Source of the DNA: Bigelowiella natans CCMP2755
Taxonomy: Eukaryota; Protista; Cercozoa
Direction: 5' to 3'
Assembly (NCBI GenBank): GCA_000320545.1
Contig: ADNK01001076.1
Span: forward strand, 186,001-250,000
DNA length: 64,000 nt
The notes under the pieces are model-generated. The model ran no database searches and had not been told where the DNA came from. It saw only the letters and a list, made by a program, of their open reading frames with translations. Below, piece after piece: positions 1 to 17,837 of this stretch. Position numbers and translations under genes: made by a program. Every line of letters starts with the position of its first letter. Within the stretch, counting starts at the first letter, position 1.

Positions 1-101
1 AACAATCTTCGATACATAATTTGGTGTTACTTTGAATCTTATCCTGCATCATTTGTGTGGGAAAGCGTAACGACCCAAAGATAATTATGCTTCTTCTGAG
101 G

Positions 102-132
<31 letters not shown>

Positions 133-384
133 ACACAATCATATGACGTGTATCAGGTTGGTACCATCCCAGGCACAGCAGGAAAGGTAGGAGGTGAGAA
201 ACGGATCTTTTCTTATTTTGTTGCAAGAAAGAAGAAAGACAGATGACAAACACAAAGCTCCCTGATGAGGTGGTAATGCCGTTGCATATCGCTCATGATT
301 TTCAGAATTTCAATACATGGTCACATGTCTAGATGTCACATATGTGGCCACAGCTGCGCAATTGCCAGCTGTTAGCTTTGCATG

Positions 385-535
385 TAAGACGGATGTGATG
401 AATCAATTAAATTTGTTCAAATTTTTCAATGGTCATCCTCATACATGTAGCTATGCTAGTATGCATGCATATTATCTTATACAGCAGCAGAATGACAATT
501 GAAGAGATGCAACATGATCATATCACATCCGTTCG
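385..535. repeat. Dispersed repeat family A copy with internal inverted arm (MITE-like relic)
   Basis: gtaagacggatg..atgaatcaa..aatttg.tcaatggtcatcctcat..gtagct matches 43895-43955 and 57614-57675. An inverted degenerate arm lies at ~490-535. Confidence 0.55.
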
Positions 536-1300
536 ATTCCACAGCATCCCGGGGGCATGCGTAGCGCATCTGTGCTGTGTGGTAATAGTGGTACGCGTAT
601 ACATGCATCACAGTCACGCACATGTTGACCATATCTTTACAGCCAGACTGCTTGCGCTGCTTTGTGACAGCTTTAGTACATTGTCTTGCGCACACGACTG
701 TTTTGATTCGATGTGTGTGCATCGCACGTGCTCGCGTCACTATATACACATGCAAGTGCATCGAATCAGGCGGTGTACATCACATTTCTAGCTAGACAAT
801 GATTGCCCCCCCCCCCCTACTAGCCTACTCCGCGCAAATATATATGCATGCATGCGCCGTGCATGTACGTCGTGCCGCCAGTGCATGTGTGGCGTGCACC
901 ATTTCTCTATCGTCGCTTTTCGCCTCATTAGACGCGACGTACAGCCTTCACAATACACTTCATTGCATTGGCAGCACTGAGGCGCACTCATCACGAGAAC
1001 AGTTCGACCGACCGACCGGAAGAAGGGGAATGTCTGTGATAGATGGTGGCACTGCTTGTGCGCGAGATGTGCTGTCCTGAAACGCTACCAGCCAGTGCTT
1101 GCTTTTGTGATTGTATGCTCTCATGTGGTGGCATAAATCTATTCATCGCAAAGAGAATTTGATCATGCTATGATGTGGTAATGCCAGAATCTTATGATGT
1201 TAAAATCAACAACGAACTGAATGACTGTCATTACAACGCCCAACGCATGTCTGAGTCCTTCAATGAATCGCGTCTAAGTGAAAGAAAACATCATCAATGC

Positions 1301-1352
<52 letters not shown>

Positions 1353-1509
1353 AAATGGGAGCTTCGTAAGTATACAAAATGATAAATCAAAAAGGAATCT
1401 TAATATTGACCACTTCTCAATAATCCTCATTGTTACCCTCTCCTTCGATCAGATTTTTGTAGAAGTAGGGATATTACTATCTACCAAAAATGCTTCCTAC
1501 CAAAATACT

Positions 1510-3940
1510 TCACCTATTCATTTTTCTGATTCCGAAGTCGCCCTCAGTGCTCTTCCGTATGTGCTCCATGAGCTTAAAGGATGTGGTGTTTGAGTTGAAG
1601 TTTTGACGTGGAGTTGTCACTTTGCTATCATTGGGGATCATCGATTGCATGGTATTGTTGTCACTGTCACTGCCAAGAATAATTCCGTCGGTTGTGTTAT
1701 TCGTGCTTCCTCCCCCAGGCTCTAGCTCAAAGACGATGTCAATACTACGAGCTATCCTATGTGCGTCCTGTAATTCTCTTTTACACTGATTTTCGTTGCT
1801 GATTAACGTATCGTTTATGCTCAAAATACGCATGCCAATTCCAACACCGAGCAGCTCCGCCTGGCCAAGGGGTGTGATTTCTATTACACGTAACCATTTG
1901 TCATATCTAAAGCCGAGCTTGCCGGGCTGGAAGATAATTGTGTATCCTTCTGCAAAAATGGCTTCAAGGTCGTTCTTTCGGTTAGCGTCGCCGCTGCTTG
2001 GCCAGAAACAGAGGCAGCAGTAAAAGCAGGGGAAGAACATGATTGCCTCTACCATCACCAGCTGACAGAGTCGGAAGGTTACGTCCTGTCCGAAGGCTAG
2101 GAGCGTGGCAAAAACCCACCCGTCGTACTTATGGCGGAGTTTATGAGAAAGAACAGCGAGGATGAAGAAACAACCGAAGATCATTATCACAGACCCGATA
2201 GTCGCATAGAGGTCACGGAAGCTCCAGTAGAACGTATCAGTTCTGAATTCACGCTTGGAATAGAACGTGCATCCACAACACTTCATCGGCTTCTGGATCT
2301 TTTTGCGCTTCACCTTCCTAGAGCCAACCTTCTCAAACATGTCCGCATCGAATGTGCTCACCTCACTCTGCTCCTTCTTCTCATGTTCTCGTAGGATTGT
2401 TAACCCCGTAACACTACGTGGAGTAGTAGTAGTAGTAGTAGGAATACTTCTGGACATTGAACTGTTAATAGAGACACTATCAGCATATCCAATGCGAGAG
2501 GAGGAAAATGTACTCGCGCTAACCTCCATTGATTGAATGTCACTAAACTTTCGAGCATGCAGGTTACTTTTGTTTCTACTTTTCTTTTTATTTCCCTTAA
2601 CGTCAGATAGCACAGAACCAGCAGCAGCCGCGCCAACGATGGCTCCTGTAGCATTGGTATTGTACTGAGTACCTAAAATCCTGCCTAAGGTAACAGATTG
2701 GTCTGCACTTATCCGAGGTCCATAGGCATTGCTTGAACCACTGTACTCTGAGAGGCGACGGTCTTTCATGTTGTCGGATATTTGGGTCTTGAGGCGGGAT
2801 TTAGATGCCTGATCTTCATATTGTTGATCATTGTTGATATCATCGTCGTCCTTGACCCCTTCATCACCCTCATCTGCAGCCTCCATTTCGGGTCCTTCCT
2901 CCCCCTTCCCACCTTCACCGCCTTCTCCCCCGTCACCTCCCTCGTCGCCACCAAAAAGACCGTCAGCCTCACCAGAAATAAGACTACAGAGGACAAGCAG
3001 ATAACTAAAACAAGTGTACGTTGTGCCCTCTTTGATTAATGGTATAGAGAGCTTAGGAGGAACACGTCGTCTGTGAATGTAATTGATGAAGATGGGTACA
3101 GGTGTGGAGAGAAGCATTGATAAAATGCCGGCACCGACAGAATCAGGTAGGCCACCAATGCTCTGTTCTGTATCCATGAGTAGCGCACAGGTAGTCATCA
3201 TTGCGAATAGTAGAACGAAAAGGATAGTTACGCGCTTAGTTGATGTCATGAAGTCGCCCTCGTGGCGCATAAAAATAGAGAACCACGGGTGTCGCCGACG
3301 TGCACCCCATTTGGACATCTGAAAGAAGTGCATGAAGGAACGTTCGGCGACACGCATCCGTCTCATGCGGTTGAACTTGCGCCAGAAGCCGAGCGATTGG
3401 GAGTTACCCTTGTTCTTTTCTTCAAGCTTAGCATCATAGCGATAGGCCACCAGCAGCCCGATGATCCAGAAAAAGATACAGATAAGGCAGAATAGAGTTA
3501 CTGGGTTGCGGTAGCTGAATGCCTCTGAATTTATATCACTTGCTTCAATCGTGTTAATCTCTACACTGTATCCCTTTGCTATATCGAACGTGGTCAAGTG
3601 CGTAGTTTCGCATTGTACGTCGTCAGTTCCAGAAACAACACCGACGGAGCTCACACCGTCGGTGCTCCACCGTTGTACAACTGTATCCCAGTATCTACAT
3701 GTAAAACTATACCTGCTGCTGCTGTTTCCACTACCATCATCATCGTCATCGGGCGACAGTGATGCTGCGCCTGCAATGGTGAAAGTAATTGGTGACGAAA
3801 GTGCTTGTACGGAGGCGTCTTGCTGGTTCTGACGAATTTGAATGGACAATGTCCCGGTAGAGTTTTCATTAGAAGGATAAAACCCATAGTTTTTACCCAC
3901 AGAAATCGAAGAAACAAGTATTGTTACCTGAGAAGAAGAA

Positions 3941-3972
<32 letters not shown>

Positions 3973-6752
3973 AGAAGAAAAGAAGCAAATACAACGTACA
4001 TATCGCTCATAAATAAGTATAATCTTCGAATGCAGTGCCTATTTCAACAGGCAGGATAGATGTCTAATATATAAAAATGAATTACGACTCATCATGTCTC
4101 TTTTGTTATTTTGCGTTATGAATCTCTACAGCCTCCGTGATGGACGCACCTCCCCACTCACTGCCTGAGTAATAGCGCTGGAAAAGTTGACTGAGTCCCC
4201 AGTGCTAAGACCGAAGGATTGGCCATCTATAGTATCAGAAAGGACTCGCTGGCCTCGTAGTGTCAAATGCTGAGTAGCAATCTCGACGGCAATTTCCCCC
4301 TCGATTTGTGGCGCAACCAGAGCATCGCCAAGAGAGGATATTGTATTTTCTGCCCGTGCTGAAAGTGACGTCCTTGTTGCTTTGTCCACTTCTTGTGTGG
4401 TAGTAGCAGAAGATGCAATGATGTTACCTAAACTCTCAATCGAGGAGTCGAGACCATTAGCATCACGGAATGCTTCAGAGGTGACAGCGTTTGAGTTTGA
4501 TAGGATAATGCTTGATAAGATGTCCATAGCACTATTTTGCACCACAGGGCTTATCTCTGCTGGGTCTGCATATCTCATTGCCTCCCTCACCATTTCGATT
4601 GGTGTTAACAAAGCAGAAGTCTCAGAGCCGTCATTACTCTCAATCAAAGAATGTGCTGCTTCGACCAGTTCCGCACGCGTCCTCTGAGCATCTTCTAGTA
4701 CAGCGCCATTTAGTGTACCACCCGATGTAATGATAGCTGCTCGGGTTCGTGACCGTACCTTTCAAAAGATGGGTGTTGTAGGAGGACGAAGATGAGAGGG
4801 AGATTGGGCACGCGAAATATTTAGCTCAGATATCGCTACTATTAATTCCAACACCGTGTAATACATGAGTTTCACATAAAGCATCCATACTCATAAGACA
4901 ACGAGAACTCTTTTTTAAAGCTACCGCTGCAGAAGTGCCTGCCGCAAGAACAGCGAGCGACGTTATGTCTCCGGATTGCACCCTTCTCTTGATTGTACTT
5001 GTCGTTGATTGTACATTTATTTGAACGTTTTCAGCAACCGAAATCTGCATAGACAAGTCTATATTATATGCTATACATACACTGTCCGTCTGTCCGTCTG
5101 TCCGTGTGTGATGTGTGATGTGTGATGTGGTGTGGTGTGTGTGTGTGTGTGTGTGTTTGCGGCTTTTGCCCATTATTCCTATGATGTAGCAGCACGTAGA
5201 GCTTCATTAGATAACCACTAATTCGCTGTCATCATCATATAACCTAACCTACAAATGAGAGAGCTCATGCTGCAACTCACCGTAATTTTTTCTGCTGTCG
5301 TAGTAGCGCCGAAGCTGTCGCGGATCTTTGCAATGATCACTAAGTCGGATCCTGTTGCGCCACCCTTTCCAGCGGGCAGTAGAGTCTCGACGTAGAGAGC
5401 CTGACTCCACTCAGAGACTGAGAAAAGGACAGATCTAGACGACGACGCTGCTTTCGAACTACTATTGCTACTACTGCTACCCACCCCCACTGTGGCTCCT
5501 CCTCTTTCCCGTCCTTCAAAGCGGTACATGAGCGGCATGTCAACATCTATCCAGTTTTGACATTCTAGACGGAACATTGTCGCTAGTGATACGCCAGACG
5601 CTGGAGAGGCTACACAGGAGCCAAATAAGGGAGGTGCGTTGGACTTTATCGATAACGAAGCGCTGCCCGCTGCACCGTGGCTGTTGAGTACAGTCAGCGT
5701 GAATCTGTAGAGGATATCGTGACCAGCGAGCAGACCAGGCCGCAGAACTAGATTGCTTCTCCTATTAGTTTTGGAGAGCAGATTGGCTGAATTGCTAAGG
5801 TCGATAGAGGTATCATCCACGCTCCAAAGGTAACTTAAAGATGATGATGATGATGATGATGATGAAGAAGAAGAAGAAAGGCCCTGTACAGAACCTGAGA
5901 AGATAGTAGGGGAATGACAAAAAACACGGACAGCAACCAGCAACAGTTTATGGTTAATTGATCATTACAGGTGTGGGAGAATACATAAAAGGCGAATGTA
6001 GTGAGAGAAAAAGAGAGAGCAGCATCTACCTTTTTGAAACACAATCTCATAAATTTACCAGATCTATTAAAACCACTTTCCGATTTGATATTAAATTAGC
6101 CTACCACTACATTGATCCCTTCTCCTCACAAGGAGGCCCTCCTCTTTACACACACCTTCAAATCTGAGCTTCTTATCTGTGTCAACGATATAAATACCAT
6201 CGGCACCGATCTGCGTCGATCCATGCAGTTTCAATTTTACAATTGGGATCTCGATCTTGACTGTTTTGAGCGTCACAGCTGCTGATGCATTCCTCAAGGA
6301 CCCATCTCGAGGAGAAGGCTGGCCATTGACAATTAATGTCAATCTGTATTCAGCCTCACCGAGAAGTATTGATGTCGGGAGGCTAAGCGTCGTCATGGTA
6401 GAAAGAGACGATGGAAGGGACACCTATAGTTGTAAGAACAACGTTTCGGATGAATCCCATCAATTTATCATATCTCTCTTAGCTAATTCTTATGCAAGTA
6501 AATGTATCTTTATCTTTCACAAACAAATGATGTTAGTTATATAAAAATGTGTGTGTGTGTGTGTGTGTGTGTGTGTCGTGTATATGCAACCATTGAAAGA
6601 GCACAAAATACATCAGCATGGCGACTGAGAGACTTTATGACACCACTTTTGAAAAGTGTTCCAACAATGTCAATACAAGTATTTTTTTATTTTACATTAA
6701 ACATTCATTTATTGATGGCAGTATCTGCCGACCACCATACAAAGCACCGATC

Positions 6753-6803
<51 letters not shown>

Positions 6804-7391
6804 ACCTCAGTGTAGTTCGACGAGTGCTTCATCTCGAGAATCCATTTAACAGTCCATGACCCTAGAGGATCTGTAGAAGAAGCCGCACTCATCTCTATAT
6901 TTCTGGGTTGATACAGCTGCGAATTATTTGCAGCAGCTGCTATGACAGGGATAGTTATCTCAGATCCTCCATCAATTTTCGCAACAACCGGGGGCTCTTC
7001 CACCTATTGTATGTACGTCCCGTATTTGTATCGTGCATTTCGGAGAACGAAGGGAAGAATAGGGGCTTGCATAGTAGAGCAACTACTTGTGTGTATCATC
7101 AACATTGGGATCACCCTTCTGTTTGATATTATAGGTGGGTAACTGTTGTTGCAGCGAAAAGAGAAGTAAATCAAATACAGCATGTGCACTCCTCCTCCCT
7201 TAATTATTCCCTACTACATCATAAATAACCTCGATGATGAACGTGCTGTTCAATTTGCCCGGGATTAATCTACCGTCTTTTTTAAGACGACTATATCTGT
7301 ATAACACAAACCAGGCACCACAAAATACTGCCGTCAACGTACGACATAGAAGTAGTGGTTGTGGTAACATACGCACAATATACACCACTCA

Positions 7392-7441
<50 letters not shown>

Positions 7442-8208
7442 ATAAACAATTTCAAAAGGAAAGAAGAAAATATCGTTGGAAGTAGGTTATGATAGGAGCA
7501 GTATAATCCAACTATGTAACAATAATCTCAGACAACCCTTCGCAATTGAAAGCGTAGGTATGGCCAGCTTTCAAGGTGTTTTTTGCCAGATAAAGATGTA
7601 ACTTTTCAGGTCTCTTAATGGTAATCTTATGGCTGGAAAGCTGCTGGGAGTAACTCTGTGAATTGATATCGAGGTACTGGGTGTATCCCGGCAACACCTG
7701 CGACCATCGAGCAAAACCCACTGTCGCTTGCTTACCACCTCCTCCTCCATTGTTGGAGCAGGACGGACCATGAACTTCTGGAGAGAGTTTCACGAACTGA
7801 AATAAAAAGTACCACTTATTGGAAATTGATTGTGGCAAAAAAAAGGGAGGATTCTAATTGGAAAGGAGGCACAATGTGTTTCTTCAATAAATTCATCACC
7901 CATAATAACCCTAGCAGATTATTCCCTCAAAGATAAACAAATCACTGCAGCCATTGCTCATTACCTGATCTGGCCTCGTGGAGAAGCGAAAACCGGACGG
8001 AGAGAGCACTTGAGGTAGAATGGTCGAGACCTTTATGACCTTGAGTGTTGCATTTGAAGTTTGTCCGACCCAATTCCTCACTAGAACGGCCATTGTGTGC
8101 TCACCAAACCCGAGACTACCGCATCATCATCATCGAAAAAGTGAAAAGCAATAGTGATATCACAGAAAATAACACTAGTAGGATAGATGACTGTATATGC
8201 TTTTAATT

Positions 8209-8249
<41 letters not shown>

Positions 8250-9655
8250 TTCTCCCCTCCTCCTCGTCTTCGTTTTTATTTTTTCTCTATCTCAACCTTG
8301 AGCCCTTGAGTGTAACTAGAAGATTCTTCGTGCCTGTGCCTGGAATCCTTCTGAAACTACTCTCAGAAGTACTATTATTACTACTACTACTACTACTACT
8401 ACTACTGCTGTTGGATCTTCTGAACCAAAGTACGGATTTGAATGGTCGTCCCGCTGTCCCAGTAGATGCTGTTGCGTCTAGAGTGATGTCATCGCATGTA
8501 CCGATGGTGCTCGCACCACTGAGTACTGCTGATACTACCAAATAAGGACTAGAGCTGCTTGGCAGCGGGATCTGCACTGTCCTTTCGCGTATTGCGAACT
8601 GGTTCTGGGCGAAATCACGGATTACATCACCGTGGATCTGCAGCAATGCAAATTGAGGAAGAGAACATTAGTGGCAGATTAAGATAGAAAAACTATGTGT
8701 GTACACCAACAACAATCAGAATCGTCTGCAGGTATAAAAAATCGCGTTTTTAGTGAAAAGCAGCCTACCTTGATCTTGGTGGCATTCCATCCCTGGCCAA
8801 AGAGGACTTGCAACTTCTTTCTCTCTGGCCACGTACAAGTCGGATTCTGGCCAAAATCTCCAAGGTTTATGAAAAGTATTTGGCAGTTGAGTGATTCTGG
8901 GGCCGTTGTATCCTTTGTAAACGTTAGCATTGCCCCTGAGAAATCCGAGAGATACTGAGCGTTGGCAATCTGTGTTGGCTCTCCGAGTGACACTGGCGAC
9001 GTTGTTCCAGGGCTAGACGTGTTCGGAAAGGAGAGAGAGGAGAATATTAACAATATGCGTATATTTACTTATTCAGCTATTGCAACAAATATAACACAAA
9101 TATAAGATATGATCAACTGTGAAACTCTGCAGGAGAAATATAGTAGTCACTCACCTTGCTGACGGGGTTGGTGTTGGATTTAAAGAAGGGCTACGAGATG
9201 GTACACTGGTAACCGGATTGTGAGAGGGTTGCTGGCTTGTTGGCGTCATGGATGGGCTATCTGAAATACTTGCATGAGGACTCTCAGACGGATTAGCCGT
9301 AGTAGGACTAGAAGAAGTTGGCGTTAAGGTGGTTGGGGAGCAAGTTGGAGAGCAACTAGGTGCTGATGATGTCGGAGAGCAAGTGGGAGAACAAGCGGGT
9401 GTTAAGGTTGGAGAGCAAGTTGGAGAGCAACTAGGTGCCAATGATGTCGGAGAGCAAGTGGGAGAACAACTAGGTGCTGATGATGTTGGAGAGGAAGTGG
9501 GCGAGCGTGTGGGTGTTAAGGATGGAGAGCAAGTTGGAGAGCAACTAGGTGCCAATGATGTCGGAGAGCAAGTGGGAGAACAACTAGGTGCTGATGATGT
9601 TGGAGAAGTGGGAGAGCTAGTGGTCGCAGTTTCATTCGTGTCGTATTTATACAAC
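1510..9655 (-). CDS. Multi-exon polycystin-1/PKDREJ-like membrane protein (Ser/Pro/Thr stalk, REJ, GAIN/GPS, several TM helices, C-terminal PDZ-like domain)
   Basis: Terminal exon 1510-~3898 has a GPS motif (FTCRYWDTVVQRWSTDGV...CETTHLTTF), a TM helix, the PKD1-family motif HPWFSIF...TSTKRVTILF, more TMs and a PDZ-like segment (FQPGKLGF...GQAELLGVGIGMRILSIND). Upstream exons carry REJ-type motifs: LSGASTIGTCDDITLDATASTG, YRFTLTV...NAPPLFGSCVASPASGVSLATMFRLECQNWIDVDMPLMYRF, and AKIRDSFGAT. Confidence 0.85.
9320..9625 (-). repeat. Coding tandem repeat encoding (SCSPTCSPTSSAP/SLAP/LTP)n mucin-like stalk
   Basis: Repeated ~39-bp units (e.g. ggagagcaagttggagagcaactaggtgc...) inside exon 9155-9655. 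Confidence 0.85.
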
Positions 9656-9919
9656 TAAAGAGAAGTAGTAGTAGTAGTAGAAGAAGAAGAAGAAGAAGAA
9701 GAATAAGAGGAGGGAAAAGAGAGAGAGCGAGAGAGAGAGAGTAAAAACCAAAAGGGGGTTATTGTTTCTTCCCGTCTCTGATTTTACTTCGTAGTCGCTT
9801 ATCGTTATGTTGCTTGTTGCAATGAGGTGGTCATATTCTCAACTTTTTTGAAAATTGAGAGAGCAATTTAAGTGTGGACTGAATAAAAGGAAATGGAGAA
9901 ACAAAACAATGCAACTATT

Positions 9920-14599
<4,680 letters not shown>

Positions 14600-15674
14600 C
14601 TTTAATGCAATGCTTGGCGAGAGGGAGAGGGGATATAGTGAGCGGTAGTGCCAATGGCGGACGAGAATTGGAATAGATGTGTTGTTTGTCGTTTGCACAT
14701 CATGATGATGATGTAACTTCCTGGGTACAGTGAGATCAAAATAAATCTATGACGCAGAAGTGAAACACCATCAATTTGTCACACATGTGATTTGTGTTAA
14801 TTGTGCGTCCCCTGGAGTTGTCGTCGCCTCACCATCATGAGTGCAGTTTTGTCGCAACATGGTTTCAGCATTCAGTCGTAGGAAGTCTCGGGAAGAAGTG
14901 TGCGACAATCTATGGCCGCTATTTTCGGGAATTAATATTTCTCGGTCCACAGTCCACCAGCCCCGGGCGGGGGAGCACGCCTAAAAAGTACTTACACGTT
15001 CCCGAACATCATTTCATTCAGTTCTCTTTCAGTGTCTAAAACAACTGAACACGGGGGGGGGGAAGGAGGGGTAAAATGCACTTTTTTGTAAGTTAAAACT
15101 CGAGTTGTGCCTTGTATGGCCGAAAACAGATATTAAAAATGACCTCATTGTACTCTAAAGACGAAAATTGACATCGAGCCATTTGTCCATATATCGTCTT
15201 TCCCACCCCCAATCTTCTACCTACTGCCTATTAAAATCATATGAACCCTGCCATGGTGTTTGTGGGGGGGTATGACAGCTTGTGTTCCGCTCCGGGTTCC
15301 TTTCATTCATCGCTCATTTTGATGAGATGAATAGACGATGTGTCAATGTACACTTCTTGTCCGTTCTCCTTAGTGCATGATACTGTTATTCTCTAACGCA
15401 TAATTTTATGTTATTTGTTGTAGCATGCAGGCGCGGGAGGGAACTGTTGTTCTGCTTTCTACCTCATTCAATTTCGTTGAATTGGAGAGGTATGTCAACA
15501 AAGTGAAAAGCGTCAACTTGTTGTTATGTGTATGGTTGTTTTATATATTATGTGTATATCATATGCATGGGGTGGGAATTGAACCCTCCAGTGTGCCATA
15601 TCACACCATGGTGGGTGTAATCACTACTCATGTTAATAATGGAACGTGCATGCATGCCAAAATCGATTATCACA

Positions 15675-17340
15675 TTATGTAGTTGATCCTTCATCTCGGA
15701 TTTGGTGTAATCCTGTCAAATCCCATGTGTAGTCCATCATTGTCCATCCTCTACGGGAGAACCTTGCTGCCCTGGCTTCCATGAGTTCATCTCCCAACAC
15801 TGGCTTGCAAGGTCTCATTATTTTATTCCGTATGTCATCGATTACTTGACCTTCTTCTACCATAGGATTGCGCCACGGAATTAACAACATTTCCCCCTCC
15901 ATGGCACAGAAAGCATTTGCTGTGAATCTAGATTGCATGACGTCGTTCGTTTCAATAGCATCCACTACACTACATGCCCTCTCCAAGGTTGATATGTTTT
16001 TCACTTTGTCATCGGTAGCATGTCTGTTGACAGGGAAGAGACCAGTCTTCCTCCATGCTGAACAGATTTTCTCAGGATCTGTCTTTTCAAAATCATTCCA
16101 TGCCTTTGTGATACATGAATTGAAATCAGGTTGGGAATAATGCATGGTGGGATGCTGTCGTCGCCATCGTGTGATGTGTGATCCCACAAGGCCTTTCAGG
16201 ATGGAATTGGGCCCATTATCGTTGGGCGCCAGCCATCCTGAGGTGTGTGAAGGTATGTAAACAAAATACACACGGTCGCACACCATTTCCATGTAAGCAT
16301 CGGGTATCATATGAGAATCATGTCCATCGATGATCAATATTAAAGGTCTCGTGCTTGTGCTGTTCGCTATTCTTTTGACCACACCGATGAACCCTTGTTT
16401 CGTCATGTATCCAGCTTCATTCGTGAAGAACCAGAAATCGGAACGAAGACCGAGCATGAGAGAAGAGTTTCCCCCTGTGGCGGCGGCTTGATGCACTATG
16501 CAGGGAGGGACTCTCAAACTACCATCAGCTGATGTGAAGAACAAACAGGTACTCCAAAATGGAGCTTTCTCTCCCGTCGTCCGTTCCTGTCGTTTCTCTT
16601 TCCCTCTTAGCTTGAACAGGAATTTTCGAGATTTGCCTCTAGGATCAAATCCTATTTCATCACCATACAGGAAATGCTTGGCTGCCATTTTATCGTCTTC
16701 CGGAATGCTTCCAGCACCTCGAAGGTCGTTTACGAACGACTCATATTTGTCAAAGAAAGCATTTCTGACCGCAGGCGTTGCTTTCCTGGCTCGCTTCAAG
16801 TCGATTTTGGATCCTCGTGCAGTAGTGAGTTGCAGGTGTTCACAATCGTGATCCTTGAATATTCTGTTAAGTCGTTTAATGCATCTCCCTATGTACGTTC
16901 TGTGCAGCGACATGAGGCTACTCGATCGGTCAGGATATTTTTGTTGCAAGAAACTTATGGCCATGTCACGAGCGCCGGCGCTTGTCATCGGTAGCCCCAT
17001 GTCGGCAAGGCCTGTCCAGATGCGGGCCAAGAGCATCAACTCTAGGTCCGTCAGCAGCGGCGGAAGATCGCCCCTGGACTTGGGAGCTGCATCCTTTATG
17101 AGGGATCGCAGAGTGTTATCGCTGAGCTGTGAGATGCTGTGCACGGAGTCATTAGCGCCGATGTGGTTGTCCACGGCTTCCAACACCGCTTGCAACCGGC
17201 GTCTAATGGTCCGTTCAGGCAACCGCTCAAGCCCGCGATTGCGCCTGTCATTCACTAGCTCCCGAAGTTTTGTGCCTCTAACTCGCAGCAGCAGTGCCTC
17301 TTGCATGTCGATCTCGGTCCAAGGGCGACGTAGGGGCATC
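15675..17340 (-). mobile_element. pogo-superfamily (Fot-like, DD35D) DNA transposase: HTH, CENP-B-like HTH and DDE_1 domain
   Basis: Open ORF (track 15675-17459; likely start MPLRRPWTEIDMQEAL at 17340) with GDEIGF, LILIIDGHDSH and IPSHTSGWLAPND. There are 35 residues between the second and third Asp, plus the pogo-type motifs SADG..VPPCIV and NEAGYMTKQGF. Confidence 0.9.
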
Positions 17341-17489
17341 CCTGAGGTGTGTATTACATGCACATCACATTGAGTTGTCCATGTTAAAAACATCTCCATG
17401 TTCACAATAGACACAGTAACATGATGTACATTGCACACATGTGACATCACGTTGTCCATGATTGTGAAAAAATTTTTCTAGTGATTGGG

Positions 17490-17750
17490 TTAACATGATG
17501 TTACGCTGTCGTAATTTTTTTTTGCTAGTTGGTTTGGTGCACCTATGGCTCGTCGGACGGCGACGTCGGCCCGGACCCTGCCTCTTGCTACCCCCTGGAG
17601 GCTCTTCCGTGCCTTGTAAATGGAATGGCGGGAAGTTCCGTGCTTCCGGGCTGCTGCTTCGACGGGGACACCGTCACAATGGTGATTCAGCAACGCCAGA
17701 CGGAGGGCTTCGTCGTCGCTGGACTTGCGGGTGAGTTTGTTTTTCATCAC
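17490..17750 (-). pseudogene. Degenerate psq-type HTH ORF (transposon-associated)
   Basis: SDDEALRLALLNHHCDGVPVEAAARKHGTSRHSIYKA resembles the HTH_psq pattern (..AAA.KYG.....L), with His in place of the usual Tyr. Confidence 0.55.
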
Positions 17751-17778
17751 CTGTCACCATGCAAATCACAATTAGCAA

Positions 17779-17837
17779 AAAACGGCCCCCTCCAATCGCA
17801 CCCGCCAGTGGCGGGTGCGATTGGAGGGGGCCGTTTT
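17779..17837. repeat. Perfect GC-rich 29-bp palindrome (hairpin/cruciform)
   Basis: aaaacggccccctccaatcgcacccgcca-g-tggcgggtgcgattggagggggccgtttt. Confidence 0.95.

Noticed and set aside
317-1369. His/Cys/Met-rich short ORFs (similar ones at 40994-41717, 43695-44519, 57814-58534)
   Set aside because: Translations of tgca/catg-rich mutated repeats, not metal-binding proteins.
9320-9625. Regularly spaced repeats resembling a CRISPR array or Pol II CTD
   Set aside because: In-frame coding repeat with no unique spacers, no YSPTSPS heptads and a eukaryotic exon context.
15568-15630. tRNA-like B-box on the minus strand (gagggttcaattcccacccc)
   Set aside because: No full cloverleaf could be folded; at most a SINE relic.
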